Source of the DNA: Candidatus Poribacteria bacterium
GTDB taxonomy: Bacteria > Poribacteria > WGA-4E > PCPOR2b
Assembly: GCA_965218095.1 (NCBI GenBank)
Contig: OZ244587.1
Location: 2,560,001 to 2,624,000 of the forward strand
DNA length: 64,000 bases
Reading direction: 5' to 3'
Positions 54,220 to 64,000 of the stretch are shown one piece after another. The position numbers were made by a program, and so were the translations under genes. The notes beneath the pieces are model-generated. The model saw nothing but the letters and a program-made list of their open reading frames with translations. It did no database searches and was not told the DNA's origin. Positions within the stretch are counted from its first letter, which is position 1; every line of letters starts with the position of its first letter.

Positions 54220-54293
54220 GAGCGTAACGAATCGACGCCGATGAATCACGTTATCATGATGTACAACTAAATCATTTGAGGAGACCTGAATCA

Positions 54294-56321
54294 ATGAAAA
54301 AATTGATTGCTCTTCTGTTTATTGCCTTTGCTCTCTTTGTATGGAGAGCGAGCGAAACATTCGCCGTGGATTTTTTGAAGCTTGAGCAGGAATTCAGTGG
54401 AAAAGGCTCGACGGGTGGATTTTTTAGCACAAACATTCATGTCGGATTTGACGCCGAAGGAAACATCTACGTCAGCGATGCAGATAGCCGGCTGATACAA
54501 AAGCTATCATCGACCGGCGAGTTCATCATGCAGATCCCCAAAGAGAAGACCGTGGACAACATACTCAGGAAACCGGGTGACATTACCGCCGACGGGGATG
54601 GAAACATCTATGTCGCTGATATAACAGCACACCACATCGAGGAAACTGCGGAACCCAAGATTTATCTGTTTGCCCCGTGTGTTTACAAGTTCAGCCCGAG
54701 CGGGGAATTGATCCACACCTATTTTGTGGATGCGGTCAATGTACGTCCAAAGTACGTTTTACCCGCACGCCTGATTATCGACGAGGAAGGGAAGACAGCA
54801 TTTGGGATTCAGCCGAAAGGGCACGATCGAGAACTTCTCGTTGATGTCAATAGCCAAAACCAACTCTACGTGCTTGATCGGAAAAACGCAACGGTTCACA
54901 AGTTTGACGCAAACGGAGAGACATTGATAGAGTTTGGACGATACGGCGCCGGCAACGGCGAATTTGACAGCGATGCTTCGGACATTGAGATTGATATCGA
55001 AGGAAATGTGCTAATTGCAGATACAGGCAACCACCGTGTAGTCAAGTTTGACGCAGAAGGGCAGTTTATGTTGAGCTTTGGCGAGAAGGGGCGCGGTGAT
55101 GGGGAATTCATTAAACCCATTGTGATCTCTGCTTTAGGGACAGGCGAAATTCTGGTTAAAGATGCCAGCCAGTTCAAACGGTTTTTGGGAAGCCCACTGG
55201 CAAATTTCCTGGAGGTTATTTCTCCATCGGGACAAGGACTTGCCGATGTGTATCCAACGGGCACAGGACTCATCGATTCGGTCATTGATACCGTTCGCTC
55301 GCGGTCTCCCTTACTCAATCAAGATTCGCAACGGTCTGATCTGGACTACCTACATCGGCGCATTCGTTTGCTTGAGGAAGCAGAATATCGCCGCTACCTC
55401 AATGAATTTGCTGATGAAGAAGACGATGAAGATGAGAACAAAAAAGAGGAGGATGAAGATCTCAAAGCAAAGACGATTCGTGAGACAATCTATCACAACG
55501 TCATTGCGCGAGTCCAGCGATTTGATAGTGCGGGCAGGTACAGAGGCCATGTAATCTATGAAATAGACAGGCAGAGCGCAGAAGATCACGATCTCGTTTT
55601 CCTCGCCCTGGATGTATTAGGTCACATCTACCTTCGCGATGAAAGTGATTTGACCATTCGCCAATATTCCATCGAAGGGTTTACGATCAAGCCGTCACAC
55701 ATGAATGCGATTTATAACACCAGGGCAATCAACGTTGACAATGATTTCACGGAAGATTATGAAGATATCGATGCCGAAGCTGACGTTGATGATAAATTGA
55801 ATCAGTTGCGGTTGAGCAACTCCTTCCTCTGGACGTATAACCTTTCGGAACGCTGGAACTTGACGTTTGTTGATGTTTTCATCTATGGAGAGCAGGATGA
55901 ACGCTATATCACGCCACCGAAGCAAGAAGATAGCTACAAGTTCGATACAGAAACGCTGACGAATACCTTCGCAGCGAATCTGAAATTTATTACAAACCCC
56001 AATCCCTACCGCTACAAGGAGCTTAATCTGTACGCTGAACGGATTGACGGCACAACAGAGCTCCATCAAAACGCTATCTTTCAAGATCTGAACAGACAAG
56101 GTCAGGAGGGTGAGGGTGATGCAAGTTCCCTGGCTGTGGGACTAAATTGGGATGTACTTACGAACGTCAATCTATGGCTGGAATACTCAGATCTCAATCC
56201 AGCGCAAACCAGCCGTAACTTTGTTCGCCGTTTCTTCGATGTTTCAGGCAATCTCTACGAAGTCTTTAGCAGCCGCAATCAGGCAAAACAGTATTTAGGT
56301 GAATTGACGATTAAGTTTTGA
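54294..56321 (+). CDS. Exported NHL-repeat protein with a possible C-terminal beta-barrel
   Basis: Signal peptide; NHL repeats (GNIYVAD, IADTGNHRV); acidic linker; amphipathic C-terminus ending ELTIKF. Confidence 0.75.
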   Translation: MKKLIALLFIAFALFVWRASETFAVDFLKLEQEFSGKGSTGGFFSTNIHVGFDAEGNIYVSDADSRLIQKLSSTGEFIMQIPKEKTVDNILRKPGDITADGDGNIYVADITAHHIEETAEPKIYLFAPCVYKFSPSGELIHTYFVDAVNVRPKYVLPARLIIDEEGKTAFGIQPKGHDRELLVDVNSQNQLYVLDRKNATVHKFDANGETLIEFGRYGAGNGEFDSDASDIEIDIEGNVLIADTGNHRVVKFDAEGQFMLSFGEKGRGDGEFIKPIVISALGTGEILVKDASQFKRFLGSPLANFLEVISPSGQGLADVYPTGTGLIDSVIDTVRSRSPLLNQDSQRSDLDYLHRRIRLLEEAEYRRYLNEFADEEDDEDENKKEEDEDLKAKTIRETIYHNVIARVQRFDSAGRYRGHVIYEIDRQSAEDHDLVFLALDVLGHIYLRDESDLTIRQYSIEGFTIKPSHMNAIYNTRAINVDNDFTEDYEDIDAEADVDDKLNQLRLSNSFLWTYNLSERWNLTFVDVFIYGEQDERYITPPKQEDSYKFDTETLTNTFAANLKFITNPNPYRYKELNLYAERIDGTTELHQNAIFQDLNRQGQEGEGDASSLAVGLNWDVLTNVNLWLEYSDLNPAQTSRNFVRRFFDVSGNLYEVFSSRNQAKQYLGELTIKF

Positions 56322-56354
56322 AGCCTTCATCAGCCAGATTCAGAGGAGAAAATC

Positions 56355-57134
56355 ATGGATACCGTAAACGACTTTGACTTCAAACGAAGAAAGTACATGC
56401 CAATTTTTCCAAGAGCAAGCGGAAAGCCCACCATTTACATCGAAGGCTATCCTTCGGAGGACAATGAACCCATGTCCGCAACAGGATTTCATGACGAGCA
56501 GATTACCACGCTCAGCGACCAACTCAAGCGGTACTTTGGGGAGGCGAACTTCGTTTATGTTGGCGTTGATAATTTTGTCTACTATCGGGAGGGAGCCCTT
56601 AGAAAATTCGTGGCGCCCGATATTTACGTCGTCTTTGGTGTCGAGAAGTTTCCCCGACAGCGAAGTTTTTACACCTGGGCGGAAGGGATTGCCCCTGCGG
56701 TTGTGTTTGAGTTTCTTTCCGACTCAACAGCGGCTCACAATCGCGGCGACAAGATGAGACAATACCTAGTTGACATCGGGGTTGGTGAGTATTTTATCCA
56801 TCAACCGGAAGGCGACAAGCACCCAGAGTTTCGCGGCTGGCGTCGAAGTCCGTCCGGTGAAATTGAGGAAATTGCCCCCGATGCCCAAGGCGGATTGTTT
56901 AGCCGTGTCCTGAATCTCTGGCTCCGCTGGGAAGATTAACCGGACGGACTTCGGCTGCTACGCCCGTATTTGCCCGATGGAACGCCAATCACAACCTCCC
57001 ACGAAGAAGCCCAACGCCGACAACAGGCGGAAGCGATTGCCGAAGAAGAAGCCCAACACCGACGACAGCTTGAATCCGAATTAGAACAACTCCGTGCCGA
57101 ACTCGCTGTCCTACAGGGCGAAGAATCCCAATAA
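56355..57134 (+). pseudogene. Uma2-family endonuclease with an in-frame TAA at 56937-56939
   Basis: EPMS, APDIYVVFGV, VFEFLSDST; the same frame continues with EEAQRRQQAE...LRAEL. Confidence 0.85.
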
Positions 57135-57153
57135 GATCCAAACAAAGACGCAG

Positions 57154-57410
57154 ATGCAAACGACACAATTTCCATTCATACGGGTTTCAGGTACACCCTA
57201 CGAGATGGGCACCCAACATGGCGAACAGGCAAAGCCTTAAATCGATTGTTTCCTCGATCTGCCCATCGGTAATCGAGATCGGGAGGACATTCTGAGTCGC
57301 ACAGATGCTTTTGCCCCGCTCTTTGAAAAATATGTCCCCGATCTTGTTGAGGAAATACGCGGGCTCGCTGAAGGGGCACAGATCTCGTTTAAGGAAGCCC
57401 TACTCCTTTG
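57154..57410 (+). pseudogene. C45 peptidase N-terminal remnant
   Basis: SGTPYEMGTQHGEQAKP*...PDLVEEIRGLAEGA. Confidence 0.7.
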
Positions 57411-57523
57411 GAAAATTCTATGTCGGCTGCGGTAATCCGTGCCAGAGACAATTTCATACTTACGGCATCAATGATGCGTGATGCGTAGAACCTAAACAAT
57501 TTTTCAAATGAAAGGAAAAAACA

Positions 57524-58489
57524 ATGTCCAAAAAACAGAAACGATTCATCAAACTTTTCGTCCTCACCTGTTCGGCAATGGTGCTGATCACGCTGACGGC
57601 AACGTGGACGATCACGCAAGAATCCGACTGGTATCCCTCCAAATGGGGGAAAGACGATCAACGCGGCGCGGCAAACCTCTTGACACCTGTGAAGGTCTTA
57701 GAGGCTGCCAGCCTGATTAAGGAAGGAAAGGTTTACCAGTTAGGTCGAGTCTACGAAGCTGGCATACCGTTGTTCGGTACACGCCACTTCAGTTTGCAGA
57801 TTCCCCAAACTTCGGGCCCGCTCGGTGAGAATAAAATCACATGGCACGAGGAAATTGTCAGTGGTGAAATAGGCCAGGTTGGGACCCAATTTGATGGATT
57901 AGGTCACGTCGGCATCGGCGATCTCTACTACAACGGGTTTAATCGACACGAGTTTGCCAAAGCTGGGGGGCTGACGAAACTCGGTGTAGAGCATGCCGGC
58001 GTCTTCGTCACCCGTGGGGTGTTAATTGACGTTGCCGGCTACAAAGGCGTCGAGTACCTGGAGGGTCGCTACGAAATCACCGCCGCCGATCTGAAGGGTG
58101 CACTCAAAAATCAAGGCGTTGAGATTACGCCAGGCGATGTTGTCGTGATTCATACCGGATGGGGAAAGAAATTTTGGATGACGGATAACGATCGATACAA
58201 CGGGTCGGAGCCCGGCATCGGTCTGGAAGCCGGTCAGTATTTAGTTGACCAACAGGTTGTGATGACCTGCGCGGATACATGGGGAATCGAAGTGGTCCCG
58301 AATCCCGATAAATCGCTGGCGTTTCCTGTTCATCAACTGCTTTTGGTGGAAAATGGTATGTACAACCTTGAGAACATCATCACCGAGCAGCTCGCCACGG
58401 ATAAGGTCTACGAATTCGCCTTTATCTATGCGCCACTGAGACTCAAAGGTGCAACCGGCTCGCCGGGCAATCCAATTGCCATTCGGTAG
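57524..58489 (+). CDS. Cyclase (kynurenine formamidase-like) family protein with signal peptide
   Basis: WGKDDQRGAAN, GTQFDGLGH, TRGVLID, IHTGW, GATGSPGNP. Confidence 0.9.
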   Translation: MSKKQKRFIKLFVLTCSAMVLITLTATWTITQESDWYPSKWGKDDQRGAANLLTPVKVLEAASLIKEGKVYQLGRVYEAGIPLFGTRHFSLQIPQTSGPLGENKITWHEEIVSGEIGQVGTQFDGLGHVGIGDLYYNGFNRHEFAKAGGLTKLGVEHAGVFVTRGVLIDVAGYKGVEYLEGRYEITAADLKGALKNQGVEITPGDVVVIHTGWGKKFWMTDNDRYNGSEPGIGLEAGQYLVDQQVVMTCADTWGIEVVPNPDKSLAFPVHQLLLVENGMYNLENIITEQLATDKVYEFAFIYAPLRLKGATGSPGNPIAIR

Positions 58490-58697
58490 AATGAGGAAAG
58501 GAAGAATTGGAAGGAGGGACGGCAATCCTTCCATCCTTCCAATCACTTCACGTTTTGCGGGTTGCGGTGAATGTATAATACTCATACAACAATTTTACAG
58601 GTTGACAGGTGGGTAGTATAGGATAATAATTCGGCATGTTGGGTAGTATTTGTGCATGTAGCGACCAGGTGCAGCTTAACACCTGTCCCAACTTCTG

Positions 58698-59840
58698 TCA
58701 AGTCACAAGTTCGTAAACCATGATATTCTCCCACTTGTTCTTCGATCGGTGGGTGCCAACACGCTCCTTGAAGCGATTCACAACGGCCAATCCCGCATCT
58801 CCGATCATCGCTTCCAGATTGGAGATTGCTTTTGTGCCGGAGGCATCCGCGTATCCGATTAGAAGATGCCCCCCTGCTTTGAGATAGCCAGGAACCTCGC
58901 GGAAGAACGTCCGGAGTGTGCGCTGTTTCTCATCGTGGATGGCGATTTCCGCCCGACTCCGTACTCGTGAGACCACCCACGGGGCGTTGAAAATGATGAG
59001 GTCAAAACAGAGTCCGGATACCGGCTGGAAGAGATCCCCCGCTGGCATGACATTGATTTGTGAAGGAAAACTGTGAATATCGCTGAAACGCTGGACGTTC
59101 AACCGACTTGTTGCAACCGCCTCGGGCAGCAGATCTGAGGCGTAGATTCTCGCAGCTTGATTGCCCAATTCCTGCGCGGCGAGTAGGGTGAGAGACCCGC
59201 AGCCACAGCCCATATCGAGCACTGTCGCTTTGGGCGGCAGGTACACGTTGACGCTTCGCAGCCCATGCTGAAAGAGTCCGATCGTTTCTTGAGAATGGGG
59301 TGGAAGTACATTTTCTGACGCAAGCAGTGACATACCGAGGGCGTGAACCGGATAGGTTTCTGCGAGGGCGTTTTGGATTTTCTGGAGCGTGACAATGGGG
59401 ATTAAGAATGGACACGCCTCGTTTGCCCTCGGATTTTCCCCGACCAACTCCAAGAGATATGGCAGGTCTGGTGGCGGGTCTACCTGCAAGATGCCGGTTT
59501 CATCTGCCCAGCACATCAAGCGTGACGTTGGGTCTGCCTGTTCTTGCACCGATGTGCGTCTGGAATTCGATTTGGTGTTCCGTTTCCCTTTTGATCGCTG
59601 CGATGGACGAGTCAACTCTTTCTGTTTCCGCTCGATATATGTCATCACTGCTGTCACTTGTTCCCATTCACCCGACAGAATCGGCACACCACCACGCCGA
59701 AGGTGGGTGAAGATCCGATTCAGGCGCCCGAGCTCGTGGCTTGTGAATAGCTTCAGCGGGGCGTCGTCGGGGGCAATCTCTCGAAATTGCGTCGGTACGT
59801 AAATATCACCGATGCCGTTGACTCGGTAGAATGGCGACAT
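58698..59840 (-). CDS. Class I SAM-dependent methyltransferase
   Basis: VLDMGCGCG, GDLF, FDLIIFNAPW. Confidence 0.85.
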   Translation of the reverse strand: MSPFYRVNGIGDIYVPTQFREIAPDDAPLKLFTSHELGRLNRIFTHLRRGGVPILSGEWEQVTAVMTYIERKQKELTRPSQRSKGKRNTKSNSRRTSVQEQADPTSRLMCWADETGILQVDPPPDLPYLLELVGENPRANEACPFLIPIVTLQKIQNALAETYPVHALGMSLLASENVLPPHSQETIGLFQHGLRSVNVYLPPKATVLDMGCGCGSLTLLAAQELGNQAARIYASDLLPEAVATSRLNVQRFSDIHSFPSQINVMPAGDLFQPVSGLCFDLIIFNAPWVVSRVRSRAEIAIHDEKQRTLRTFFREVPGYLKAGGHLLIGYADASGTKAISNLEAMIGDAGLAVVNRFKERVGTHRSKNKWENIMVYELVT

Positions 59841-59889
59841 AGTATTTCGTAAAACGTGATGCGTAAAACGTAAAGACCCTGCGCACTAA

Positions 59890-61215
59890 CTAACCAGCCA
59901 GAATATACCGAACTACAAAAAGCAGGGCGAAGAGATAGATCAGCCAATGCACCTGTTTTCCTTGACCGCTTACCAGTTTCAGAAGCGTGTAGGAGATAAA
60001 CCCAAACGCGATTCCCTCTGTGATGCTGAAGGTGAGGGGCATCATCAAGAGCGTCAAGAATGCAGGGATGGCCTCTGTCACGTTGTCCCAATCGATGTGG
60101 ACAACGTTTTTGAGCATCAGGCTCCCAACGATAATCAGCGCGGGAGCGATGATAGGATAGAGGAACGCATTTTCGCCAATTTGGCACCCCGCCCCGACCA
60201 TCTTGATGAGTGGGTTGAAGAACAACGCGAGCAGCATCAGTGCCGCCGTCACCATGTTGGTTAAGCCGGTGCGACCGCCCACAGAAATCCCCGACGCACT
60301 TTCGATGTAACTAGTGACGGTTGATGTGCCGAGCAGCGCACCGGCGCTTGTGGCAACCGCATCGGACAGCAGCGCCTGTCGCGCTTTCGGTAATTTGCCA
60401 TTGACCATCAAGCCCGCTTATTGACTGACACCGACTAGTGTTCCGACAGTATCGAACAGATCCAGGAAGATGAAGATAAAAATTACCGAATTCATTTTCT
60501 GGTCTACGAGAATGTTCGGGATTTGGAGTTTAAGGAAGGTGGGACCGATGGACGGCGGAGTGTCAACAAAGCCTTGAAATTTAACCATGCCGGTGATGAG
60601 CCCAACAACCGTTGAAGCGAGGATGCCGATCAGGATTGCACCGCGCACTTTTAGGGCGAACAGGATAGCGATCACGACTACTCCGAATAACGAGAGCAAT
60701 GCCGGAGGCGATTTCAGATCGCCGAGGGTGACATAGGTCGCCGGATGGCCAACGATAAGCCCTGCCCATTCTAAGCCCACAAGTGCGATGAGCAACCCAA
60801 TTCCAGCAGGGATAGCGTTCCTCAACGAAACAGGCAGAATAGTCATCACCTTTTCACGCAGACCGACAAAGAAGAGCAGAATAAACAGCACACCTGCAAT
60901 AAAAACGGCACCGAGCGCGTTTTGCCACGATACACCGAGGGTGAGACAGACCGTGAAGGTGAAGTAGAAGTTATGTCCCATCCCCGGTGCAAGGGCAATG
61001 GGATAGTCGGCGAGGAGTGCCATCAGCACCATTGCCAATGCACTTGTGATGCAGGTTGCCGCCATTACTGCACCCGGATCCATCCCCGCTGCTGACAGCA
61101 CCGCCGGCTGGACGAAGATGATATACGAAAGTGTCATGAACGTTGTGCAGCCTGCAACGATTTCACGTTTGACAGTTGTTCCTGACTCTTGTAAGTGGAA
61201 CAATTTTTCGAGCAT
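59890..61215 (-). pseudogene. NCS2/AzgA-type purine permease with an in-frame TAA at 60418-60420
   Basis: APGMG, FDTVGTLVGVSQ*AGL, TSYIESASG..GGRTGLT. Confidence 0.88.
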
Positions 61216-61233
61216 CAGTTACTTCCTTGATGA

Positions 61234-61875
61234 TTATTCAAGAATCACTTTTCTAAATGTTAGCGATACCCTACGCTGCCTCTCATACGTTTGACCAGTC
61301 CATGTATCGGATTTTCTGGGGGCGATACCGTGCAACCATCCATACCTAGCTTCATCTTTCAACACAATAATACTTCTTGGTGCAAGCCAGACAGGAATCT
61401 TTTTTGCCTTGTCCCGTTTGTTTGTAAAATCCATAATACAACCTGAACCCAAACTCAAAGAGACAATCATATTCGCAAAACAAGGTTCGCAATCAATGTG
61501 ACTGGAAATCCCTTGCCCTGGCTCGTACTCATTGACAATAACCTGATCTGGTTCTGCTGCCATGTAATCATCTTCGTACAGTTTTCGACCAAGTTTTTGC
61601 AGCCACTCTGGTAACTGACCAATACGCATATCATGATTGACCTTCCGCGCTTTATAGTCGTACTTGAAACCATAATGCTGAACACGCCGCTTTAGATCTT
61701 CGAGCCATTGGTGTTTGTCAATCTGATCTAACAACCAATTATGCTCGCTTTTATCAATGTAGTCTTCTATGTATTTGAATCCTCTGATTGCATCAATAAC
61801 TTCCTTATTGTTTGGAGAAGGTTGTGGCAGAGGAGATTGTTGGTCAGTAAGGGTAAAGAGGTCTAGTTGTGCCAT
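61234..61875 (-). CDS. AlkB-family 2OG-Fe(II) dioxygenase
   Basis: RRVQHYG, VNEYEPGQGISSHID, WLHGI, RRVSLTFR. Confidence 0.9.
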   Translation of the reverse strand: MAQLDLFTLTDQQSPLPQPSPNNKEVIDAIRGFKYIEDYIDKSEHNWLLDQIDKHQWLEDLKRRVQHYGFKYDYKARKVNHDMRIGQLPEWLQKLGRKLYEDDYMAAEPDQVIVNEYEPGQGISSHIDCEPCFANMIVSLSLGSGCIMDFTNKRDKAKKIPVWLAPRSIIVLKDEARYGWLHGIAPRKSDTWTGQTYERQRRVSLTFRKVILE

Positions 61876-61899
61876 TGGTCTGCCCTCCTTAAGTCGATT

Positions 61900-62778
61900 T
61901 TATCCGTTGAAAAGTATATCATAGTAAACATTGGCATTTCGAGGTAAACTAGTTGTTAGACTATCATAACGAAACCGCTGGATATTTGATTGGGTTACTA
62001 CACTTCTGAATCCCGAAAGGTTAGCTTTGAGGGTTTCCCAATTTGCGCGCAGTGATGAGGAATTGGGATTCTGATACACTATGCACATATTATGTTTACT
62101 ATATTTTTCCATAACCTGAACTATTACATCAGATAAGTCATTGATGTTTAACGTCCGGCTTGCAAGGAAGTAGCAGAAGTTAAAGATAATCGGTATCTTA
62201 TCATCCCATGTTAGAGAAGTATCCAATAGCTCAGTCAATTGGCTGTAGTCGCTAATTGTTTCAAATCTGCTAAAGAAGGAACTTCCATATTGATTAGGAC
62301 CATATTGGTCGATTTCCTGTGCCTTATTACGCATTGCTCGTGAATACTCAACTCCTAAATAAATGCTGTTGAGCATCCTTGCAAAAGTCCAAAACGCAAT
62401 ACCTGAAGTTAATGGCCCACACCCAAAGTCAATAAAAACAATTTTATTGATTACCGATATGAAGTGAGTTCTAAAGAACCATGCATGAAGACGAAATATA
62501 TGATAAGAGCTGACAAGGTGCATAGGCATATAATGAGCGCAATAAATTAACACCTTATCTTCTGGAGTAAGTCCATTAAAGGGCTCATCAATATTGGTTC
62601 TCCCTCGGTCCAGGATGATTTCTCTATGGTAGGTTTCACTTCTATTTTTCACCTCGTTTTGCCATGCTTGCGTCGGCGGATGATTGTTAATTGGCTGTTT
62701 GACCAGATTTTCAAACAATCCGCTTAGACTTCCACTGAACGCATATCTATTGCCTGAATAGTTTTGTATGTAGCGCAT
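61900..62778 (-). CDS. Hypothetical SAM-methyltransferase-fold protein (AT-rich)
   Basis: FIDFGCGPLTSGIAF motif I; YCAHYMPMH; YLGVE. Confidence 0.55.
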   Translation of the reverse strand: MRYIQNYSGNRYAFSGSLSGLFENLVKQPINNHPPTQAWQNEVKNRSETYHREIILDRGRTNIDEPFNGLTPEDKVLIYCAHYMPMHLVSSYHIFRLHAWFFRTHFISVINKIVFIDFGCGPLTSGIAFWTFARMLNSIYLGVEYSRAMRNKAQEIDQYGPNQYGSSFFSRFETISDYSQLTELLDTSLTWDDKIPIIFNFCYFLASRTLNINDLSDVIVQVMEKYSKHNMCIVYQNPNSSSLRANWETLKANLSGFRSVVTQSNIQRFRYDSLTTSLPRNANVYYDILFNG

Positions 62779-62803
62779 GTTTTGGACTTATCCTCTACCT
62801 TAC

Positions 62804-64000
62804 TTAAGGTTGCCTGTTTTGCGTCAACTGCTCCAATAAATTCTCCAATCCCGGACTCAAAACAACAGGATATTTTTCCGCTTCTGTCAACCTTTTATAG
62901 GGTTCAGGCAATTTCGCTAGCTCAGCCTTCGCTTTTACCTGCATTTCCGCTGAGTCAGGGAATGAATAGACTAACTCTCCCTTACGAACCACCGGCACTA
63001 GCAGCGGCTCGCTTCCCTGCAAATCTTCATCCCAGAGGCTGATCACATCTTTAATGTAGTTTCCGTCAGCATCGCATAAGCGATGGAGCTGCTTCCTACC
63101 CGGAAGGGTTGATTTGCTTGTGTCTTCGCTTAATTTCATCGTGCTGGTCGCTTCCTTGCCCTCGATCCGCTCGACATGCTTGTAGACGCCAGGCAGCGCA
63201 GATGGACCGCCTTCACCCGTCAGCGAATTAAAATTCGCCCCCGTCGCCAAACGGGTACCGACGCCAAAGCCGTCAATCGGGGCGCCTGCTTGTAGTAATC
63301 GATCAATCTGAAATTCGTCGAGATCGTTGCTGGCAAAAATTTCGACGTCGTTGAATCCCGCCTCATCAAAGATCTCTCTCGCTGCCTTGCTGAGTGTGAG
63401 CAGATCGCCGCTGTCAAGCCGAACCCCTCTCAGCTGTTCGCCCCTTGCCTGCATCTCTACCCCAACGATGCAGGCGTTTTTTGCTCCCTGAATCGTGTCA
63501 TAGGTGTCAATTAGCAAGAGGGTGTTATAGGGAAAAGATTGGGCATAATCGCGAAACGCCTCTAACTCGGACGGGCGGTCCAGAATGAATTTGTGCGCGA
63601 TTGTCCCGACGTAAGGGATATTGAAGTATTGCCCGGCGATCACCAGGGACGTCCCAGCGGCGCCACCGACGAATGACGCCCGTGCTGCCAAGATGCCGGC
63701 ATCTCGCCCATGCGCCCTTCGCGCCCCGAAATCGAAGCAGGTTCGTCCGCGCGCCGCATGAACGATTCGCGCCATCTTCGTGGCAATCAATGTCTGGAAA
63801 TTCATCACACTAAGAAGATAGGTCTCGAAGAACTGCACGTCGATCGATCGACCCTTAACGTTGATCAGCGGCTCGTTGGCGAATACGGGTGTCCCTTCAG
63901 GTACTGCGGAGACATCACCATCAAATTTGAACTCGCTCAGGTAATCGAGGAAATCATCGCTCATATCCGGCGTTGCCTTGCTTTCCTTCAACCACCTCAA
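62804..64000 (-). CDS. pncB: Nicotinate phosphoribosyltransferase, 5'-truncated by the window edge
   Basis: FANEP, FGARRAH, GTIAH, LIDTYD, GVRLDSGDL, GFGVGT. Confidence 0.93.
   Translation of the reverse strand: MRWLKESKATPDMSDDFLDYLSEFKFDGDVSAVPEGTPVFANEPLINVKGRSIDVQFFETYLLSVMNFQTLIATKMARIVHAARGRTCFDFGARRAHGRDAGILAARASFVGGAAGTSLVIAGQYFNIPYVGTIAHKFILDRPSELEAFRDYAQSFPYNTLLLIDTYDTIQGAKNACIVGVEMQARGEQLRGVRLDSGDLLTLSKAAREIFDEAGFNDVEIFASNDLDEFQIDRLLQAGAPIDGFGVGTRLATGANFNSLTGEGGPSALPGVYKHVERIEGKEATSTMKLSEDTSKSTLPGRKQLHRLCDADGNYIKDVISLWDEDLQGSEPLLVPVVRKGELVYSFPDSAEMQVKAKAELAKLPEPYKRLTEAEKYPVVLSPGLENLLEQLTQNRQP

Noticed and set aside
58595-58697. Possible orphan promoter (TTGACA...ATAAT) and sRNA between convergent genes
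   Set aside because: Spacing is ambiguous and no RNA family is recognisable; insufficient support.
19788-61215. Amber/ochre recoding (e.g. pyrrolysine) to explain in-frame TAG/TAA codons
   Set aside because: TAG and TAA end many intact genes here, both stop types occur as lesions, frameshifts and deletions co-occur, and no pyl genes are seen.
1-64000. CRISPR array or cas genes
   Set aside because: No regularly spaced 23-47 bp repeats with unique spacers, and no Cas motifs.

Overview
Bacterial chromosomal window of about 50% GC. The lineage is probably Candidatus Poribacteria-like, inferred from an LRR + dockerin-like + 'NYPNPFNPETWIPY' C-terminal protein, DUF4159, NHL and BNR proteins, and 7-mer intergenic tandem repeats. 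Intact genes include selB with the adjacent tRNA-Sec, degP/htrA and hsp20 (sigma54-type promoter), two DUF488 genes, an N-terminally extended RecQ, an LPS heptose/nucleotide-sugar cluster, MEMO1, AlkB-like and pncB. About 20 genes are pseudogenes or remnants. Mobile DNA comprises an IS66 remnant plus an orphan end, an IS5 copy plus a 159-bp MITE with the same ends, a second MITE, REP-like hairpins, and an IS701 copy. Top observations: (1) a complete 765-nt ORF-less group II intron (38356-39120) inserted precisely in the IS701 transposase, with EBS1 matching its insertion site; (2) a DUF488 pair + (dead GNAT) + dual-OB-like/RecQ fusion module, a candidate defence or repair system; (3) an unannotated UxxC selenoprotein gene (H-U-S-T-C) with a SECIS-like hairpin; (4) two phage-like genes fused by an 11-bp tandem duplication; (5) a REP hairpin serving as a protein domain linker. 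All family assignments come from motif recognition; no database searches were run.
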